A stretch of 64,000 bases of DNA from Malacoraja senta (GCA_038087875.1 CM075990.1:11286001-11350000), one strand, 5' to 3'; counted from the first letter of the stretch, positions 25,963-39,312 are shown. The notes: generated from the letters alone by a model not told the origin. Numbers and translations: made by a program.

Positions 25963-26574
25963 ATGAGTTGTTGTGGTTGTGCGAGTGGGATCAGTGTGAG
26001 CTTTGTTGCTGTGGGAGTCTTCAAAACGAAGCAAGCTTGTCATTGCTCTATGATTGTCTCCATGGCTATTAGTGCGAGGCACCATCCAACAGCTCTGGGG
26101 GTGGGTTGTCATCTGGCTGCGCCCCTGGGCTTTCAAGTGAGCCGTTTTCCTCCTTGCTCATTACATTCACAGCTTGACGCGCGAATGCATTTGTGATTGG
26201 TGTTGGAAAATGTGTCAGGAATGCTCTTGCTGACTTGGAGAACGTGATTCACACAGCTTCCTGTCCCAACAAACGTGCAGTAGAAATAGCACCAACACCT
26301 TGGAGGGAAGCCGCAAATTGCTTCTTCCTTCTCCCCCGCTGTCTCTTCTCCACAAACCCTTCCACTTTGTAAGGCATAGAGAACGAGAATACAATTTTCA
26401 TTGGAAATACTGCACCAAGTGGGTTTCTCCACATCCATTTCATCATATCTGCTGGACACAGCATTTCACTGTGGGATAATTGGTGTCAGACTGAGGCCCG
26501 AGGAAGGTGTTTCCAAAGTACTTTTTTCATTCTTTGATGGAGACACAGACATACTGTAGCTAGAACACTTGGAT

Positions 26575-27450
26575 TTAGTTTTATGGTCACGTGTACAGTG
26601 AAAAGCGTTTTGTTGCGTGCTATCCAGTCAGCGAAAATACTATACGTGATTACAATGAAACCGTCCACAGTGTACAGATACAGGATAAAGGGTATAACAT
26701 TTAGTGCAAGGTAAAGTCAAGAGAGTTTTATTGTCATGTGTCCCAGATAGGACAATGAAATTCTTACACTGCAGCACAACAGGATATGTAAACATAATAC
26801 AAAACGGAAGATAAAAGTTCAGTGTGTCTTTAGTCCATAGACCATATATACACAATAAATAAACAGATATAGTGCAATAATAATAATAGGCTGTTATTGT
26901 TCAGAGCTTATTTGATGTTGTGTTTAATAGCCTGATGTCTGTGGGGAAGGAGCCGTTCCTGAACCTGGATGTTACATATTTCAGGCTCCTGCTCCTTCTT
27001 CCTGATGGTAACGGTGAAAGTCCGATTAAAAATAGCTCAAAGGTCTCCAGTGAGGTAAATAGGAGGTCAGGACCGCTTTCTAGTTGATTAGAGGATGGTT
27101 CAGTTGCCTGATAGCAGCAGGGGAAAACTGACCCTGAATCTGGAGGTGTGTGTTTTCAAACTTCTGTACCTCTTGCCAAGGGTTATGGGGTGAAGACAGG
27201 AGAATGGGGTTGAGAGGGAAAGCTAGATTAGCCATGATTGAATGGCAGGGTAGATGTGATGGGCTGTATGGCCTAATCCTGCTCCTAGAACATATGAACT
27301 TATGCATTTATGAGATTGGCCCTTGATCATGTTGGTGGCCTTGCCAAAGTGTGGATGGAGTCAATGGAAGGGAGGGTGGTTTGCACAATGCACTGGGCAG
27401 CATTCACAATTCTCTGCGATTTCTAGCGGTCGTGGCTGGAGCTGTTCCAC
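26575..27450 (-). mobile_element. Nested Rex1/Babar fragments with a short CR1 tail (about 27178-27305, + strand)
   Basis: Rex tail gtcaagagagttttattgtcatgtgtcccagatagg at ~26716 inserted in an older Rex-like copy (AAIRQLN). Confidence 0.65.
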
Positions 27451-27845
27451 CATTGTGCCCCATTCCGGAATGTCCTTGAACTGAGTGTTGTGCCTGGAGT
27501 CACGTGGAAACCAAAGTTCTCTCCCTGAAAGGCTTGAGTGATTCAAATGGGTGTTCATGGCAGTTCTATTGTACTGTGCACATCATTATTAATCCTTGTT
27601 CTTTAATTCCTTCATAATGTTTTCCTACTCCCCTGGTGAGATTTGAACGTGTCTCCAGATCCCTGGTTAAGGCTTCTGGATCTTCCATCCAATAACATCA
27701 ACACTATATGATGTACTTGCCAACAACGGTATTAGCTGCTCCTATTGTGGAACAGCATGTTCACAGCGCCCATTCAATGAGATGTAGGGACAGAAAAGGG
27801 TAGATATGAGGTAAAACACAAACACTAGAGGAATTCAGTGAGTTA

Positions 27846-28310
27846 AGGGCCTGTCCCACTTGGCCGTCATTTGCGCCTCATTTACCCGTCATATGTAAAA
27901 TAGGTTAACGCGTCGTTACGTGCGACGTCGCGCGCAAATCACACGTCATCATGCCCTCTGGTGCGCGTGCCATCATTAGAATACCCTGCGGCGCGCGTCG
28001 ACGCATGGTTATGCACGGTGACGTAACCATGCGTCACCACGCGATACACGTGAGACGTTGGGACACAGCGTACAACGCCAATGCATCAGCGCGCATACGC
28101 GATATGTCACGCAGGTGGCGCGCGAAGATTTCATGCAGCACGAAATCCTGGAGCGCCGCGCGATATCGCGCGCAACTCCACACTCCTCCATGTCTCTCCA
28201 TGCGCCCGTCCCGCGCTACCCACACGCTACCCGTGCGTCACAACGCGTCGACCTATTTTACATATGACGCGTAAATGAGGCGCAAATGACGGCCAAGTGG
28301 GACAGGCCCT
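27846..28310. mobile_element. PIF/Harbinger-like MITE, CpG-rich
   Basis: About 65-bp TIRs AGGGCCTGTCCCACTTGGCCGTCATTTGCGCCTCATTTAC…; TSD TTA / TTA. Confidence 0.9.
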
Positions 28311-28697
28311 TTAGGCTGTAGTCTTCAAGGGTCCCGACCCGGTAAGTCATCTGTCCATTCTCTCAGTTGCTGCCTGAGCTGCTGAGTTTCTCCAGCACTT
28401 TGTGTTTTGCTCAAAATTTCAGCATCAGCAGTTTCTTATATCCCCAATAGATATTATGTAGAGTATATGCAAATATATGACAATTAATGCATATGTGCTC
28501 AATGTAATTAGAGATATGAATAAACAAGTTCTTGATCCAGCTGCTCTCTTTATCTCTTCTCCATATACTCTTTATGGCACGGTAAACACATAAGTGTGTG
28601 TATATAGTACACATTGGCAGTCAAGGCAGAAGATTAAACAAAAGAAAGGCAAAACCTTCAACTCTGGTGAGAAACAAGAGTGAATTGTTCATTGCGA

Positions 28698-28963
28698 AGA
28701 TAGACACAAAAAGCTGGAGTAACTCAGCGGGTCAGGCAGCATCTCTGGAGAAAAGGAATAGGTACCGTTTCAGGTCGAGACCCTTCTTCAGATTGAGACA
28801 CTCTTTCTCGTTCCCTTTCATCTGACTCTCAGTCTGAAGAAGGGTCTCGACCCGAAACATCACCTATTTCTTTTCTCCAGAGATGCTGTCTGACCCGCTG
28901 AGTTACTCCAGTATTTTGTGTCTATCTTTGGTTTAAACCGGCATCTGCAGTTCCTTCCTACAC
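28698..28963. mobile_element. Penelope-derived fold-back repeat with hammerhead-like cores on both strands
   Basis: Arms 28698-28790 and 28833-28927; plus-strand core CUGAAGA A GGGUCUCGACCC GAAAC AUC at 28834-28861. Confidence 0.8.
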
Positions 28964-30319
28964 ATGAATAGTTCATTGGTTGAGTGGAATCCTGGAAAGT
29001 TGTTTTAAACTCTAACCTTGTGCAAACATTCCTTTATGTCCGTGGCAAATGCCGTGCTGCGCAAAACCTTTGGAATCAGGAAAAATCATGCACTTTCTCC
29101 CAGATATTTGAACAGTCCATTACATTGGCTCGTGAAGAAAGAGACAAAATTGAATCGAGGCAAAGAACGGCTAAACAAAAACGGCTTATGTGAGAGGAAT
29201 CTTGGGAAATGACACATTACATGATTTACACCTGATGTTTCAAGTTATAATTTGGGAACTGCAATCTATATGTAAGGATGATGCTCAAGAAAAATCAATT
29301 GATTTTACTTTATGAAAGAAATTAGGTGTAAATTGAGAAAGACATTAACTTTTGTATGAACAGGTATCATAATTTCCTATTTGGAAGACTTTTGCGCAGG
29401 TCAGATTCTTAGTGTAAACTCTATAATACTTACAATAGTTGCCTGGAGGATACAAAAGTGTAGATTTTCCTCCCATCTGAATGTGATGAGGGATTGAGTA
29501 TAAAAGTCCCACACAACATAATGATGGAGACACAGCGACTGCAGATCCTGGAATCGTGAGCTAAAAAAAAAAACTGCTGAAGGAACCCAGCGATGAGGGA
29601 GGATAAATGGCTGTGGTAGCGAGTCTTGGTCAGAACATCAGGAGAGAAGGAGGCATCACAGAGAGGTTTTCACAGAACTCCCATCGGAGAAAGTGGGCTT
29701 GACATTAATAAGATATTGTGTTGGAGCAGTAAAATTGAGATACTAGAAACTGCAAATGCTGGAATGAAAAGCAATGTTTTTTTTCAATATCACCATATAA
29801 CAATCAAAAACATGCAGATGCTGTAAATCTGAGATAAAATTATAAATGCTGGAAACACTCAGCAAGCCAGGCAGCATTTACGTAAAAGGGAAACAGTTAA
29901 TGTTTTTTTTCATCCAGGACTTGTATCAGAACTACTGAAGATTTCCACCACTCTATTGTTATTACCATATGGAAATTCAGACACAGAATGTGAAATGTCT
30001 ATTATTTTCACATTGAAAATAATAGAAGATAATTTTCCAGTTGCAGCAATAGGGAGACTAAAATGTACCATCCAAAAAAATATGCAACTACAAATCATTC
30101 GGTAAATGTGTGGTAAAAAGGCAATTGAGATAGAAATTGAGTTATGATTAAGCTGTGGAAATAAGCAATTTGAATAACATGAGCATGAATATTGTTCAGC
30201 CAGTCTGACTTGGGATACTGGAGAGATACCTGACGTATGCAACACAAAGAGACATCTTGTGGAGATAAAAGAGAAAGTGCTTCGACAAATCACTAAATGT
30301 TCACAAAAGATGTACAAGA

Positions 30320-30845
30320 GAAGGTTTATTATTATTGTTACGTGTACTGAGATACGGTGAAAAGCTTTGTTTAGCATGCTAGATCAGTAAAACTATATAT
30401 TAAAAACAATTAAATTAAACTCAATTACAATAGATAAAGCAAAGAGGAGGAAAGAATGTAGAATATAGTTCTCAGCATCGTAGTGCATAGATAAAGTCCA
30501 ATGTCTGCAATGGGGTAGAGGTGAATGGGACACTACCCTACCTTATGAGGGGCCGTTCAGAAGCCTGTTAACAGAGGGGAAGACGCTGTTCCTGAGTCTG
30601 GTGGTGCATGCTTTCAAGCTTCTGTACCTTCTGCAGATGGGAGCAGGGAGAAGAAGGCATGACTGGGGCAAGATAGGTCTTTGATTATGTTGGCTGCTTT
30701 TCTGAGGCAGTGTGAAGTGTAGGTGGAATCAACGGTGAGGTATGTGGTCTGTGTGATGGACTGGGCCACATTTACAAATCTCTGCAATTTCTTGGAGTCT
30801 TGGGCAGAGGTGTTCCCAAACCAAGCTGTGATGCAGCCCAACAGT
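30320..30845 (-). mobile_element. Rex1/Babar LINE 3' fragment, older
   Basis: GCITAWFGN…KKLQR.VNVAQSIT…IIKDLSCPSHAFFSLLPS. Confidence 0.8.
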
Positions 30846-31089
30846 GGATATGAATATATTGCAGACGTTGAACGAGCAATATCTTCCTCGAGGCAAGAAA
30901 GGGATACAAGGCCAGAAATACATAGTCATGGAGGTATTCCGCACGGAAACAGGCCGTTCAGCCCACCTTGTCCAGGCCAACCAAGTTGGCATTCTGGACT
31001 AGATCCATTGCTGAAATTGGGCCCATATCCCTCTAAACCGTACCAGATATGGAGCTTGTAGAAAACATGGTCTGAGTTCCAATACTAGT

Positions 31090-31400
31090 GCCTCTTCTAT
31101 GGCCAGAGTGAGGTCCACCATAAATTGGAGGAACAGCACCTCATTTTCCGCTTTGGCAGTTTATACCCCAGCGGCATGAACATTGACTTCTCCAATTTCC
31201 CGGTAGCCCTTATTGTCTCCTCCCCTTCTCAGCTCTCCCTCAGCCCTCTGGCTCCTCCTCTTCCTTTCTTCTTCCCTCCCCCCCCCCCCCCACCCTACAT
31301 CAGTCTGAAGAAGGGTTTCGGCCCGAAACGTTGCCTATTTCCTTCGCTCCATTATTGCTGCCGCACCCGCTGAGTTTCTCCAGCACTTTTGTCTACCTTG
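31090..31400 (+). mobile_element. Penelope-like element 3' end (GIY-YIG C-terminus, 3' UTR, terminal repeat with hammerhead-like core)
   Basis: KLEEQHLIFRFGSLYPSGMNIDFSNF, then CTGAAGAAGGGTTTCGGCCCGAAACGTT at 31305-31332 on the same strand. Confidence 0.85.
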
Positions 31401-32129
31401 TTAAGTTCAATATGTTTCTTTTCCTCAGTGAGGAGCAAAAGAGTAAAGCTGAAAGCACATTCACAATTATTGGTGACATAAAGCTTGTGCTTTCATCCTA
31501 TTCAGTACCGATGTGGACTGCAGAAGTCAAATAATTGCAGATGATTGTCGGGGAGATGACAATGCCAATGAAACCACGAGGGAATTGGTTGGAGGACAAA
31601 AGGCTTAGGAATTGGAAAAGCATCAATGTCAAATGACGGATCGATTTAGTGTTGGAGGTCATGGGTTTTGAGGAACATTGATTGGCTGTGGGACAATGGC
31701 TTTGCCGCACAACTTGAGAAACACATTCACCTGCCTGTGACCGGAACGTGTGGAATAATAGAAAACATTTTGCTTTGCAAGGAGCTCAAGGCAACTAAAT
31801 GAAGCTAAATTTTCAAACTCTTGAAGAATTTCATAACCACAGTGGGAATCAGCTGGAGATTATAGCGTGTCTTTCATCAATGTTGCTCGGTACTAATGGA
31901 GTCCCATACTGATGGAAGCGACAAGAGGGTTCTGACAGTGAATGGGAAGCATTGTCTCACAGCACACTAGTTGAATAGTAGAAACAAAGACCCGCAGATA
32001 GACACAAAGTGCTGGCATAACTCAATGGGTCAGAAAGCATCTCTGGAGAAAGAGGATAGGTCTTTGTGCCTATCCTTGGTATAAACTGTGTTCATCTTTT
32101 ATACAACCGGCACTTGCAGTTCTTTGTTT

Positions 32130-33063
32130 CGACATTTGGAATATTGTGTTCAGTTCTGGGCACCATGTTGTAGGAAAGATATTATAATGGCAGTTTTCAT
32201 AATGTTTTCAAAGTCCAACTTCGATAGTCATTATTCCTCGGGGATGGGTTGGTATAGTTTACGCACTCACGACACGCTTAAGATAGTAAAAACGAATCTT
32301 CCAAACATTGTTTCTTGATTAATTAGTCTTTTATTGAGGTCGTACATAGCAAAGAAAGAATCCATCACTTTTGTTTCTTAATTGCTGCTCCATTCATGTC
32401 ATATAAATCATATGAAAGTTACTTCTTATAAAAGTATGTTGTCTCATTAATTTGTGTGGTAAAAAACTGTATTCTCACCATCCTTCCGAGACCCAACTAA
32501 ACTCCCAATCTATGAGTCTGCGCCAGTCTCCTCCAAAGTCGACACACCCCTCTACGTAACAAATCCCACCAACAAAAGTACAGACAGATAAAAACAAAAA
32601 TATATTAGACATGGCTATAATATACTGACAAGCTTAATGGCTCCTACAGATATTGTCAAGCTTGAAAGGGTTCAGAAAAGATTTACGAGGATGTTGCCAG
32701 GACTAGAGGGTGTGAGCTATAGGGAGAGGTTGAGTAGGTTAGGTCTCTATTCCATGGAGCATAGGAGGATGAGGGGAGATCTTATATACAAAATCATGAG
32801 AGGAATAGATCGGATAGATGCACAGGGGAATCGAGGACCAGAGGACATAGGTTCAAGGTGAAGGGGAAAAGATTTAATAGGAATCCGAGGGGTAACTTTT
32901 TCACACAGAGGGTGGTGGAACATGCTGCCAGAGGAGGTAGTTGAGGCCGGGACTATCCCATCCTTAAGAAACAGTTGGACAGGTACATGGATAGGACAGG
33001 TTTGGAGGGTAATGCGAGTTGGGCCAAAGGGCCTGTTTCCACACTGTATCACTCTATGACTCT
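32130..33063 (+). mobile_element. CR1/HER1-type LINE 3' fragment split by a 464-bp insert
   Basis: HLEYCVQFWAP..RKDI | insert | DIVKLERVQKRFTRMLPGL…; tail ctctatgactct. Confidence 0.85.
32184..32647. mobile_element. Unclassified 464-bp insertion
   Basis: 7-bp TSD AGATATT (32177-32183, 32648-32654); removing it restores the CR1 frame. Confidence 0.65.
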
Positions 33064-33072
33064 AAGACTTTA

Positions 33073-33545
33073 AGAACTGCAGATGCTGGTTAATACACAA
33101 AAGGGCGCAGTGCTGGAGTAACTCAGCATGTCATGCAGCATCTCTGGAGAACATGGATAGGTAATGATTTGGGTCGAGACCCTTCATCATACCTATTGTA
33201 GGGGGTGTAGAAGAAAGCTGGAAAAGGGGAGAGGCAGGACAAGGAGTGGCAGGGAATAAATAGGTTAACACAGGCAAGGGGGATTTTTGACAGCCAGATG
33301 GTAGTAACGCAGTCCAGAATAAGAACTGTAGACGTGATACATGTCTGGTGGGTTGCAGATTGTGAAACCAGGGGGAGAAAAATAGCAAGCGGGCTGGTTA
33401 GGTGATGGAGGGGAATAGGTAGGCACAAGAAACTGCAGATGTTAGAAAAACACAGAGTGCTGGAGGAACTCAATGGGTCAGGCAACATCTCTAGACAACA
33501 TGGATAGACAATGAGTCGGGTGAGAACCCTTCTTCAGGCTCATTA
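33073..33545 (-). mobile_element. Penelope-derived repeats in tandem
   Basis: Two copies of gaactgcagatg…tgctggag.aactca…cccttc separated by purine-rich UTR. Confidence 0.7.
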
Positions 33546-34272
33546 TGTGTTTAGATCTACAGTGATATAGAAATATTATTTCTTAGCACTTTGAGGTTGG
33601 TGGGGGCTCTTTAAAAATTCTCTGGTGTCACACAGCCAGGATCCATCTCAAAAGGAACAACTCAGATTCTTGTGCTGTTTAAAAGTAAGTCATCTCGAGT
33701 CGGATATATAGTTGGGGCTATTAAGAAGCGGGAATACTTGAACATCGTGCTAGCTCTGTCAAAGAGCTAGCACGATGGGCTGACTGGCCTCCACACTATC
33801 ATTCTACACTGCTAAAACATTTGAATGTTGGAGTAAGTGTAATTAGGTGTATGTTGAAGCAGGTGTAATTAGAGAACTGACTTTTAAACTGCGACATTGG
33901 ATGAACCATCTCCTCAGATGGTGGGACATATAGTTAGTGAGCTCGATCATTCCCTTAACCTCCAGGCTTCAAGGGCAAGAGGAGGAGGAGGATTCAGATA
34001 TACTTCATCCATCATTTCTCATACCGCATTTCAGCAGCATTAATCTTACAAACTATTGGCCTAATATGGATATCAAGTCATCTAGACAATGGTATTTGTA
34101 GATTCATGGGTCAACAACAATTCTCAGCGGTCATTTTGGCAATTAGGTCTTCTTCTTGTCCTATATCTGATTGTCTGCAATTGACTGAGTGGCATGAGTC
34201 AGGGACTAAGGCCGATGGCAGGATGTGACTGTTTAGCATTGGGTAAATCTGGGTGGGGGAGTTCAAAGGCAT

Positions 34273-34985
34273 CAAAGATCTTTTATTGTCACGTACGAAT
34301 TAAGGTACAGTGATATGCGACTTACCATAGAGCCATACAAAAAAAACCCAACAAGACACACAACGACATAAAAGCTAACATAAACATCCACCATAGTGGA
34401 TTCCCCACATTCTTCACTGTGATGGAAGGCAAAAAGTCCAACTTCTTCCTCTTTATTCTCCCGTGGTCGGGGCAGTCGAACCATCCGTCGGGGCGATTGA
34501 AACTCGTGGTCGAATCCCCTGCGTCGGGGCGATCGAAACTCCCGCATTGGGGTGGTCAAAACTCCCACGGCTTGGAGTTCCCGGTCGGTCTCTGGTCAGA
34601 GAACGCGGGTTCCGTGATGTTAAGTCCGCAGGCATCCACGGTTGGAGCTCCGAGGTCGACCCCTGGCAAAGGGATCACGGGCTCCGCAATGTTAAAGGCC
34701 CGTAGGCTCCCCGCTGTGGTGCTCTCAAAATCAATCTCCAGCAAAGGCCGCCAACTCCTCGATGTTAGGCCGCAGTGGGGACGGAGATACGATACGGAAA
34801 AAAATCGCATCTCCGTCGAGGTAAGAGATTAGAAAAAGTTTCCCCCAACCCCCTCCCCCACCCCCCCACATAAAACAAGCTAAAGAACACTGAAAACACA
34901 GATTTAACACATACAATTAAAACACAAAGGAAAGGACAGCTAAATTGTTGGCGAGGCAGCCATTGCTGGCACCATCCGTTGGTGG
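34273..34985 (-). mobile_element. Non-autonomous GC-rich retroelement with Rex-like tail and internal repeats
   Basis: Tail (rc) gtgacaataaaagatctttga; internal cgtcggggcgat(t/c)gaaactc repeats; related to 10360-10702. Confidence 0.55.
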
Positions 34986-36356
34986 AAATGCGGGGAGAAT
35001 ACCATAAAATTAGTGTAATGTGATCTTAATGGTCAGCATGGACTTAGTGGGCTGAAGGTACTGTTTCTATGCTGATTGGTTCTTTGGCATCTATGACGTA
35101 TTGGCTAAACCAGTTAACAGTGTCTTTCCAGAGATGCTAAGTAAACTAGGGTTTTACTGCAAAATCTCCTCAAAGCCCAGAGATGCTGCCTGACCTGCTG
35201 AGATACTACAGCATTTTGTGTCTATCTTTAGTGTGAACCAGCATCTGCAGTTCCTTCCTACACATTTTCTCTGCTCCACTGTGAAAGCCCTTCAAGGTCC
35301 AGAGATGCTGCCTGACCCACTGAGTTACTCTTGTGCCTGTCTATCTTTTATAATAACCTGTTAGTTTCAAAGTCACTATTTCTGATTGTCAGCAAATTTT
35401 GGTGGGATTTGAATTGAAGACTGAGATATTGGAATTTGGCCACTTAACCAGTGTTCTAGTGTTCCAGTACTGATATCATGCAATGGGTAGAACAGAATAA
35501 AGATGTAAAGCCAAAAATGGGGAGGTTCAAAGAAACATTAAGGTCTTTGTCTCAAAAATCATTAAGACAGTCACTCAAAATAATCAAAAAGGCCAATTAA
35601 ATGCTCGCTTTGAGAACTGGAAGGTTGGATTGAGAAGGGGTAGCGACACAAAGCCCTGGGTAGAACATACTTCAACCATTGGGCACCAAACCACAGGAAG
35701 GATGAATTGGCCTTGGAGATACATGTGCCTGGATGATACTAACACTTAAATTTTAAGAAAGATCACAAACTACAAGATACAAGAGAGTTTATTGTCATGT
35801 GTCCCAGATAGGACAATGAAATTCTTGCTTTGCATCAGCACAACTAGAGTTGTAGTCACTGGAATTTTTAGATGGTTATTGGGTGATTTGATGCAGGTTT
35901 TCAAGATAGTAAGAACAGATAGGGTGGAAAGAAATAGATGGATTCTCCTGGATTGGAAATAAGGGTCAGGGGCTGATTTTGAGAGCTCACCCGCTCCCTC
36001 TCCCCCCTCAACCTTTCAACACTTTATGTGTGCAAGGGGATGAGTACAAGCACACTGAGTGAGAGAATGCACTGAATGAAATTAATCTTTCATGGACTCC
36101 TTTGTCCTCAGCCCCCTCACTTCCCGCTCCTCACATTGATGCCATTGCATTCAAATCATAAGTGATAGGAGTAGAATGAGGCCTTTCAGCCAATCAGGTC
36201 TACTCCACCATTCAGTCATGGCTGATCGATCTTTTATGAATATCCTATATCATATTGGTGGTCAAGTCCATTGCACCAACTTGGTTAGCAAGAAACCTAA
36301 GATAAAAGGTTTCAACCTTACTAAAACTTTCCCAAGATGGTGATAATTCTATTGTA

Positions 36357-36893
36357 CATAGAAACATAGAAACATTGAAAATAGGTGCAGGAGTAGGCCA
36401 TTCAACCCTTCGAGCCTGCACCGCCATTCAATATGATCATGGCTGATCATCCAACTCAGTATCCCGTACCTGCCTTCTCTCCATACCCCCTGATCCCTTT
36501 AGCCACAAGGGCGACATCTAACTCCCTCTTAAATATAGCCAATGAACTGGCCTCAACTACCCTCTGTGGCAGAGAGTTCCAGAGATTCACCACTCTGTGT
36601 GAAAAAGTTTTTCCTCATCTCGGTCTTAAAGGATTTCCCCCTTATCCTTAAGCTGTGACCCCTTGTCCTGGACTTCCCCAACATCGGGAACAATCTTCCT
36701 GCATCTAGCCTGTCCAACCCCATAAGAATTTTGTACGTTTCTATAAGATCCCCTCTCAATCTCCTAAATTCTAGCGAGTATAAGCCAAGTCTATCCAGTC
36801 TTTCTTCATATGAAAGTCTTGACATCCCAGGAATCAGTCTGGTGAACCTTCTCTGCACTCCCTCTATGGCTATAATGTCCTTCCTCAGATTTG
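36357..36893 (-). mobile_element. CR1 LINE 3' fragment
   Basis: NLRKDIIAIEGVQRRFTRLIPG…; near-identical to 43738-44280; (TTTCTATG)n tail. Confidence 0.92.
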
Positions 36894-36984
36894 AAAATAC
36901 GCCACAGTTTGAAAGGTTCATTAATGACCACACGACTGCCAGAGAGGCTGCCCCTCTGCAAATCATTTTCATTCATCCTCAATA

Positions 36985-37280
36985 CATTTGAGGACATATG
37001 TTTAAGGTGAAGGGGAAAAGATTTACTAGGAATGTGAGGGATATCTTTTTTCCCCCACACAAAGGGTGGTGGGTGTGTGGATCAAGCTGCCAGAGGAGGT
37101 AGTTGAGGCAGGGACTATCCCAACATTTAAGAAACAATTAGACAGGTACATGGATGGGACAGGTTTGGAGGGATATGGACCAAACGCGGGCAGGTGGGAC
37201 TAGTGTTGCTGGGACATGTTGGCCGGTGTGGGCAAGTTAGGCTGAAGGGCCTGTTTCCACACTGTGTCACACTATGACTA
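36985..37280 (+). mobile_element. CR1/HER1-type LINE 3' fragment
   Basis: gaggacatatgtttaaggtgaaggggaaaagattt…gggcctgtttccacactgt. Confidence 0.8.
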
Positions 37281-37959
37281 TTTTCCTGGAGAAATTACTC
37301 CGTTTTATTGGGAGAAGTTGCTGTAATTTTGATTACAGGTTCGATTCCCCTGCTCATTAAATAGACTATATTCTTTTATTAAATAAAGTGGCTTAGCTTA
37401 CCGTACAATTGACTGTTTGACTTGATTCATTTACTCTGCCAGCCTCCATTTGCTGGCTGACAAATATTGCCTACCTGTTCTATAAAAAGTTAAACCAATG
37501 TCTCCACTGAGTCTAAAGGATGGAGATTGATTGTCTTTAAGGAGGGTTCCAATCTTCATTCAAGGGGATTGAAGGTTATGAAGAGGCCACTAATGTTTAT
37601 CCCGAGTGATCGATGATTATCCAGCAGGATCAATGTGTATTGAATTGGAACTTGAAATAGATGAAATGTGGAGCACCGTGCAGTGACGCAATTAACTTCC
37701 TCGTCTACTTATGCCCTGGGACAAAAGGAGTAATCATAGAGCTGGTAATTGTTCTAAATATTGCTGGATGACCCCTGAAAAGCCAATAGTCAAGTCAAGA
37801 GAGTTTATTGTCATGTGTCCCAGATAGGATAAAATAAATGCAGAGGCAGGAAATATGAAAATTTAAAAAACCCAGCAAGTGCTGGATATACCAGCAAGTC
37901 AGGCAGCATCTGCAGGGAGAGAAGCAGAGTTATAGTTTCAGGTCAATGACCCTTTTTTT

Positions 37960-38266
37960 ATAGTTTAGTTTAGAGATACAGCGCAGAAACAGACCCTTTG
38001 GCCCACCGAGTCCGCGCTGACCTGCAATCCCCGCACATTAACGCTATCATACACACACTAGCAACATTTTTTACACACACACCAAGCAAATTAACCAACA
38101 TACCTGTACGTCTTTGGAGTGTGGGAGGAAGCCGAAGATCTCGGAGAAAACACACACGGTCATGGGGAGAACATACAAACTCCGTACAGACAGCACTCAT
38201 AGTCTGGTCTTTGGCGCTGCAAGCGCTGTAAGGCTGGAAATCTACCGCTGCGTCACCATGCAGCCC
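37960..38266 (-). mobile_element. HE1-like SINE
   Basis: Reverse complement of the family, (AAACT)n tail. Confidence 0.85.
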
Positions 38267-38505
38267 TTCATCAGAACTGGAATTTTACATTCCAAGAACT
38301 CACCAGCTCAACTTTCTGGTCATGTCATTGCTGGTCAATCTGGTACCAGCTGCAATAAACTGCTCCTAATGCTGCTTAACCTTGGCTGCGAGATGGGAGG
38401 TCTGTACCTGCCCACCGTGCTGGTAATTTAACCTTAAACACCTCCTCTTCCCAGTGGAAAACTAACAGTGTTGTCTCAGTAGATTCAACCCAGTTGGTTC
38501 AAAGT

Positions 38506-39312
38506 ATAGACACAAGGAACTGCAGATGCTGGTTTGCAGAAAAAAGGACACAAAGTGCTGGGTAGCTCAGCGGGGCAGGCAACATTTCTGGAGAATATGG
38601 ATCAGCGGCATTTCAGATCGGGGCCCTTCTTCAGATCAATTGTAGTTGGTTGGGGGGGGGGGAGGGGAGAAAGCTGGAAGAGAGGTGGGGAAAGGACAAA
38701 GTCCAGCAAGTGATAGGTGGATACCAATGAGGGGGCGCTTATGATTAGCAGATGGGTGGACAAATGCCATAGATGAAAAGGCTAAAAGTACAAGATAAGG
38801 AAATGATGAATAGCACTGATGAGATAACGATAGCCACTAGGAGATCAATAAGAATTAAGGATCGGCCGTTGAAGGAATGGAATGGAGACAGCAGGAACAT
38901 GCGGAAAATGACATCCATTGCCTGGCTAGTACCTCTTATTACTCTTTAACCAGGTTAAAAATCATGTGGATTCACATGTAAAACACCACATAAAAAATGA
39001 CACTGGAGTCTGAAGAAGGGTCCCGACCCGAAATGTGTCACACCCATATTTTCCAGAGATGCTGCCTGACCCGCTAAGTTACTCCAGCACTTTGTGTCTT
39101 TCTTTGGTAAACCAGCACCTGCAGTTCCTAGTTTATCTGTTTGAAATACCACTTACTTTGGATAGACACAAAGGGCTGGAATAACTCAGCAGGTAGGTAT
39201 TCCCAAAGGAATAGGTCCTTTTCTCCAGAGATGCTGCCTGACCCATTGAGTTACTCCAGCTTTTTGTGTCTATCTGCGGTTTAAACCAGCATCTGCAGTT
39301 CCTTCCTACACG
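38506..39312. mobile_element. Several Penelope-derived repeats (38506-38800 -, 39007-39138 +, 39162-39312 fold-back)
   Basis: Match to the terminal-repeat consensus seen throughout the window. Confidence 0.7.

Noticed and set aside
27951..28278. Overlapping ORFs and a possible CpG-island promoter
   Set aside because: Entirely inside a TIR- and TSD-bounded MITE; stop-poor because GC-rich.
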